Position numbers and translations under genes: made by a program. Of a stretch of DNA of 64,000 nt, positions 55,907 through 64,000 are shown piece after piece. Every line of letters begins with the position of its first letter. Within the stretch, counting starts at the first letter, position 1. Origin of the DNA: Octopus sinensis (Eukaryota); NCBI RefSeq assembly GCF_006345805.1, contig NC_043004.1, forward strand, positions 63,736,001-63,800,000, written 5' to 3'. The notes under the pieces are model-generated. The model did no database searches. It was given only the letters and a program-made list of their open reading frames with translations, and was not told the origin of the DNA.

Positions 55907-56225
55907 AAGACTCCGCCGGTTACGACGACGAGGGTCCCAGCTGATACGATCAACGGAACAGCTTGCTCGTGAAATTCACGTGCAAATGGCTGAGCATTCC
56001 ACAGACACGTGTACCCTTAACGTAGTTCTCGGGGATAATCAGCGTGACACAGAGAGTGACAAGGCTGACCCTTTGAAATACAAGTACAACTCATTTTTGC
56101 CAGCTGAGCGGACTGGAGCAACGTGAAATAAAGTGTCTTGCTCAAGGACACAACGCGTCGCCGGGAATCGAACTCACAACCTTACGATCATGAGCCGAAT
56201 GCCCTAACCACTAAGCCACGCGCCC
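55905..56225 (-). mobile_element. tRNA-derived SINE family A
   Basis: Reverse complement of the 11911-12232 family. Confidence 0.9.
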
Positions 56226-56377
<152 letters not shown>

Positions 56378-56920
56378 GTATATATATGCATACATATGTA
56401 TACATACATATATATATATGTACATATATATAATTTTAATATTTCTATAAATCACCATCAACAAATCAAGTTAAAATGATTATCAATGCAAAAACTCTAA
56501 TACCAATAGTATTCTAAAACATTATTTAAAAAGTGAAATATATTGCAAATAAATTATAAATAATTCTATAATTCCAAATCGAATGCAAACTTAGTTACAT
56601 ATGAACATTTACAAATTTTGTATGGATTAACTAATATTAATCATATTGTTAATCATTATTGAACCCATTATGACTCGGGTGAATATTAACCATATGAGAA
56701 ATTCCTAACTGTATTAACAATTAAAACATACCACAGATGGACGAGCTAATTGTTAGCTCTCCTCTTTGCATCACTACAAGTAATCAATGTATATTAAAAC
56801 TGACAATGAATATCGTTAACTTTTCTTCAACTTGGTGTACGACGACACTTTACAGACTGATTTAAATATAAAATAGTGAAGTAATATGTAATCTGTATTG
56901 TTGTACTGCGGGATGGTCAT

Positions 56921-59217
<2,297 letters not shown>

Positions 59218-59354
59218 TTGTATATATATTTTTTTGCTTTGACCAGCTATATAAACTCATACTTGTATCTAGTTTAATAAGTGACATAGCACGAAGCTCT
59301 CGGTCCTTGCAATACTTTGTTGCTTCTGCTAAACATTAATAATAACATTCATGT

Positions 59355-60130
59355 ATGCGCTGGTGTCAAAATGTCCCAGGACTAGTTATGGGGTTGATAA
59401 ATGATTTAATAAAAGATTTACATATTTACCAAAGTTTTAACATAATTTCCTTCGCAATAGTCATCTTGCGCAGCAAAACACCGGTCTCAGTCTTCCTGCC
59501 ACTTTTGGAATCCGGCCTGGAACTTGTTTTCCGTAAACAAGTCGAAGATTTTCTGCGATCTCGACAACAGTGTTAAAACAGTGACCATTGAGTTGCATTT
59601 TCATCTTGGAGAAGAGTTGAAAGCCCGCAGCTGCTAAATCTGGCGAATAAGCCGGGTGCGCAAACGATACCATGTTGTTTGTGACAAGAAATACACGTGA
59701 GAGGAGAGCTTGATGACAGTGTGCATCGTCGTCGTGAATAATTCAGTTCTTTGCACTTCATAGATCCAGACACTTTCTCCAAATGTCCTGCATCAAATTC
59801 TTCAAAACGTCGCAGTAAAACCTCCGGTTGATGATCCGGCACCGGGGGAATAAATCTTCATGTACAATACTACATTTCCTGAGGTGACGTTCGTGCTATG
59901 TCTTCCACATCGCTCATCGTCTTCTAGGGATGCTCTTCCGCTTTGGAAACGTCCATGTCATTCGAAACATGGCGTACACTCCATTGTCACGTCGTTGTAA
60001 GCTGCCGAAGTATGCTTTATATTTCTGTATTCAGACTTCACAAGTTTAACGTAAAATCCTACGTTGGCTCCTTGTTTTGTCTATGATCCAATTACAGCCT
60101 ACAGCATTCACGTGATCACAAAAACACAAA
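59355..60130 (-). mobile_element. Decayed mariner transposon
   Basis: HPAYSPDLAAAGFQLFSKMKMQLNG. Confidence 0.8.
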
Positions 60131-60739
60131 TTTCACTGGTGACGTAAACACAGGCTATGTCACTTGACACACTGCTTCACATAGGCCACTGCTAGCTCTT
60201 ACTGCGCACGCAACTGTGTGTGCTATTTGTTGCCGCACTACAGAACTAGCCAGGGAATTCATATTTTGAGTTTTATTTTTCCTGTTTGCATCACAGTGTT
60301 TCTGTGTAGCACATTCACTTACGATGCTATAGTAGACGTCCTATGCAGTAGGACTGAGTCCAAAACCACGTGGTTGCAAATCGAGCTGAACCACGTGGAT
60401 ATGTTGTGAAAATATCATATGAATATCTCATGTGAAATTGCACAGACACGAATTATTATACTGATATTAATTGACAGAGAAATGGATGCATCCTATATTT
60501 CAAATCACATACAGCTAATCGCCTGAATGCCTGTACCATTTAAAGATGTTTGCATTTGATCGCTAGAATAAAGTGTTTTAATATTTGGTCTCTACAGATT
60601 AATGCATACAATAAAAAGAAGTCTGGTGTTCTAGATTAATTTGTTATGGATTTACTGTCGCCTAAAGAAAGCTGTGTAGAAACTGATGACTGCTTCTACG
60701 ATTTATGCAATATATAAAATGTACATAATTTAATACCTA

Positions 60740-62020
60740 AACTTTTTAAGACTTAGGACAATCCTTAGTTTTACTATTATTATAATTATTATTATTCAGT
60801 AATCTTACTTTTACCATGTGCTTTAACTGTAATGCCGAGTACAGCTCTGCGTGCATTGGGTACGTGCTGTGGTTTTTTTTGGTGTTGTTATTTTTACTGT
60901 ACCGAAAATGATTTACGTATGATGTGTGCGGTGCTCAGCAGTACAATTTTCTGTAAGTTATATATATTCGTAAGTCTTGGTGTTTTGGTTTTGTATTTGT
61001 TTTTAATCACACCTAATGCTCCTATTATTAAACTGAATTATTTCTGCTTTTAGGCTCCACATTTATGTTATTTCTATTTCAAGGTCATTGTATTTTGATG
61101 GTTTCTTTTAAAGATACATTGTCATCTACTGGGATTGATTCGTCGATTAGAAGACATTCTTTTTCTTGGTGACCGTTGAAAACTATGTCCAGTCTTCATC
61201 TCTCTATCTGTATGTATTGGCATATCCTGAGACCTTTTCTTCGATATGCCTATGTCATACTTTTTCTGTTGTCATTCCATAGTGTTGGCTTCCAATGTAT
61301 AGAGGTCCCAACTCTGACATGCTTGTTGAGATACTCTGTAGGCGCAAGAAGACTGCACATGATTGATGGTTTCATTTTTTTGTTTACATGCACGACACGT
61401 TGGTTCGTTGGTTTACTGCCAATCTTTAAAATGTCGGCCTCGTAGCTTCTTGTAGGTAGACATTGATCTTGGTTTGCTATGATAAATCTTTCTTTCCTGA
61501 TTTTAAGCCAACAGACAATAACCATTGATGGGAAAGGTCTTTGTCAATATCAGCATTATTAGCTTTCTTAGGGTATTTGCCATTTAGAGGCACTTCTTGC
61601 CATTTATCAGCAAGAATATCTAAGGCAGCAGTTTTAGCAAGGGCTCTCATATGCGTAGCTTTTTCTGTGCATGTTTCCAGTACGTCTAATTCTAGAATTT
61701 CTTGTATTTGGAATTCACTTACATATGTATTTGCCTATTTTGTTACTGAGTATGATGTTTTTGGGTAAGTGTTTAGGCTAACTGTGGCAATCTTCATTGT
61801 TATTTCCAGTTGTAAAAGTCAACGGCCAACCTCTTTGGCAGGTAAAGTCATTCTGTATCTGCCTTAATCTGCGAGAAAATTCTTTTCGGATTTTTTCCCT
61901 CATCATTGAAAGTTTGATTCCATCACATTCAAATACCCCTAGGTATTTGTAGCTCTCTGCTGGTTCTAACTTCTTTATAGCATTCTGTTGATCAAAATTA
62001 ACTTTGAATGTTTCTATCAT
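60740..62020 (-). mobile_element. Old R4/Dong-clade fragments
   Basis: ESYKYLGVFECDGIK; IIANQDQCLPTRSY; CSLLAPTEYLNKH; IIGALGVIK. Confidence 0.75.
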
Positions 62021-62169
62021 TTTTCTATCACTTTGGATGTTTCTATCATATCTTCATCGATCACTAGATGACAATGGCACCCTTACTTTAATTTTGACTC
62101 TATATCTCCTGGAGGAGTTGCCTCAATCCTTTATATATTATTATTATTATTATTAATATTATTATTATT

Positions 62170-63945
62170 ACTATTTTTTATTCTTCTTTCAAATTTGCTT
62201 CCATTTCTTGCCGAGTGTCTTCCCGACTCCTAGGGCAAAGAAACTCATAGTATACATTGGTAGGCCATTAAACCAAACTCAATAGTTCGTTCATTTTTTT
62301 TTTTTTTAAATTAAATTAAAATACATGAGCAGCAACAGTTCTCACATCGACAATGCTCTTCTCAATACGTGTGATGTACCAGTTAAGACAATCTTTTGCA
62401 CTTCTTGCAGGGATGGTAAGCCAGGGATCATTCTCATATAATTTTCGGTTCCCTTCTTGATCATTCCTAGTGCTCCTACGATCACTAGTATTGTAACCGC
62501 CTTGAGATGCCACATTTTCTCAATTTCAATGAGTAGGTCTTTATATTTTCTGAGCTTGTCAAACTCTTTCGCCGAGATATTATGATCACAGGGGATGCTC
62601 CTGTCGATCAATAAGCAAACTTTATTGTTTCGGTCTTTCACAACAATATCTGGTTTATTGGCCTTGATGGTTCAGTCTGTATGTACTGGAAAGTCCCACA
62701 GAATGGTTACATTTTCTCCTTCAGTTACAGCCTCAGGGTGGTGATTATACCACTTGTCGGCAGTTTTGATATTGTAATGCCGACTTATTAGCCAGTGTAG
62801 ATATTGGCCAACTCTGTCATGTCTTAATTTATACTCCACTGGTGCTAAGACTTTACATCCAGAGATTAGGTGGTCCACTGTTTCAATCATGTCGTTGCAG
62901 AATTGGCATTTTGGGTCTGCTCCATTTTTCATCACATTGGCCTGGTAGTTCCGGGTTAATAGGCTTTGATCTTGAGTAGCCAGGATGAAACCTTCGCTCT
63001 CTGCTTTTAGCCCTGAGCTACGTAGCCACTGATGGGTTTGCTTCTGGTCAACATCACCTTGTTTGCTGCGGGTCACATATTTGCCGTCCAGAGGTTTCTC
63101 CTCCCACCTATCAGCCAATTGCTCGTGCGCTTTCTTCATTGCCATCATTTTCACCTTCTTTGCCGTACTTCCCTCGGGTTGTTCAGTTTGGATATCCTGC
63201 ACGAGATCAATAGCAAATTTTTTGCTTTCCTTTATGATAGAATGAAGCTTCTTTCGTCTCTCGTGATTTTCCACGAGCTTTAGCATCCAGTCATTCGATA
63301 TTTCGAGATATTTGGCCAGTCCAATTTTGGTTGTTTTGTAAGCTAGTTCAAATTGGATCAGGCCTCGACCTCCTTGGGCTCTGGGAAGGTAAAGGCGATC
63401 TACGTCTGCCTTTGGGTGGTGCATCCTATTACAACTCAGCAGCTTGCGTATTTTTCTATCTATATTCTTTACTTCACTCATATTCCAGTTCAACACATTG
63501 TAGCTATAAGTAACAACTGGAACTGCTAAGGAATTTATAGCTAACACCTTGTTACGTGCATTTAGTTCAGATTTCAGGACTGCACGAACTCTCCTATAAC
63601 ATTCCTTCCTGATATTCTCTTTCATGCTTGCATGCTGAATACCAGAGCCTTCATTTATCCCTAAATATTTGTATGTTTGTTCTTGCTCAAGCTCTCTTAT
63701 GACTGTGTCAACATCTAACACGACTGAATATGTGGTCTTCACTTTCCCTTTCTGGAAAGTGGCCTTGGCACACTTCTCAAGTCCAAACTCCATCCCGATG
63801 TCATCGCTGAATGCTTTCACGGTGCGCAATAGGCCTTCAAGTTCATTATTGTCTTTACCATAAAGTTTTAAGTCATCCATATAAAATAGATGGCTTATTT
63901 TTTTATTGGCAATTTTATACCCATACCCTGTTCTGTTTAAGAGCG
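62170..63945 (-). mobile_element. Relatively young R4/Dong-clade retrotransposon 3' half (RT end, CCHC, PD..D RLE, 3' UTR)
   Basis: YMDDLKLYG, CQFC...HLISGC, KPDIVV..CLLID, KYKDL; one in-frame TGA at 62672-74; 3' end abuts (TAA)n at 62135-62170. Confidence 0.93.
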
Positions 63946-64000
63946 CCAGCCTTGACAGCGGCTGGACGTGTTCCTCACTGCTCTGACAGTTCGGTGGCCG

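Noticed and set aside
62672-62674. In-frame TGA in the Dong ORF as possible selenocysteine or readthrough
   Set aside because: The + strand copy has AAA (Lys) here; a simple nonsense mutation, probably CGA>TGA, explains it.
63946-64000. Abrupt GC-rich sequence at the window end
   Set aside because: Too short to classify; probably the junction with another repeat.

Overview
Eukaryotic, AT-rich, microsatellite-laden DNA. The SINE/LINE families look octopod-cephalopod to me; this is recognition, not a search result. The window holds most of one large + strand gene that the ORF track misses: a divergent type II membrane M13 (neprilysin/ECE-like) zinc metallopeptidase. I reconstructed 19 short exons (801-58940, 1807 nt, 602 codons) with consistent intron phases. 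They include a TM anchor, DPC..SCG, VNAVY and HEILH. The start codon and the C-terminal ExxxD/CxxW exons were not found. Introns carry Penelope-like elements (one near full-length with 162-bp terminal repeats), R4/Dong RLE retrotransposons, RTE, CR1 and Tx1 fragments, mariner relics and tRNA-derived SINEs. Highlights: (i) a noncoding 545-nt hammerhead-bounded, retrozyme-like unit; (ii) U3:A8 variant minimal hammerheads in the Penelope repeats; (iii) a tandemly duplicated 42-nt cytoplasmic-tail exon far more diverged than its upstream intron; (iv) (AAT)n-anchored Dong copies with a candidate ~550-bp non-autonomous partner; (v) several long palindromes and an inverted duplication. No prokaryotic systems, CRISPR arrays, rRNA or true tRNA genes are supported.
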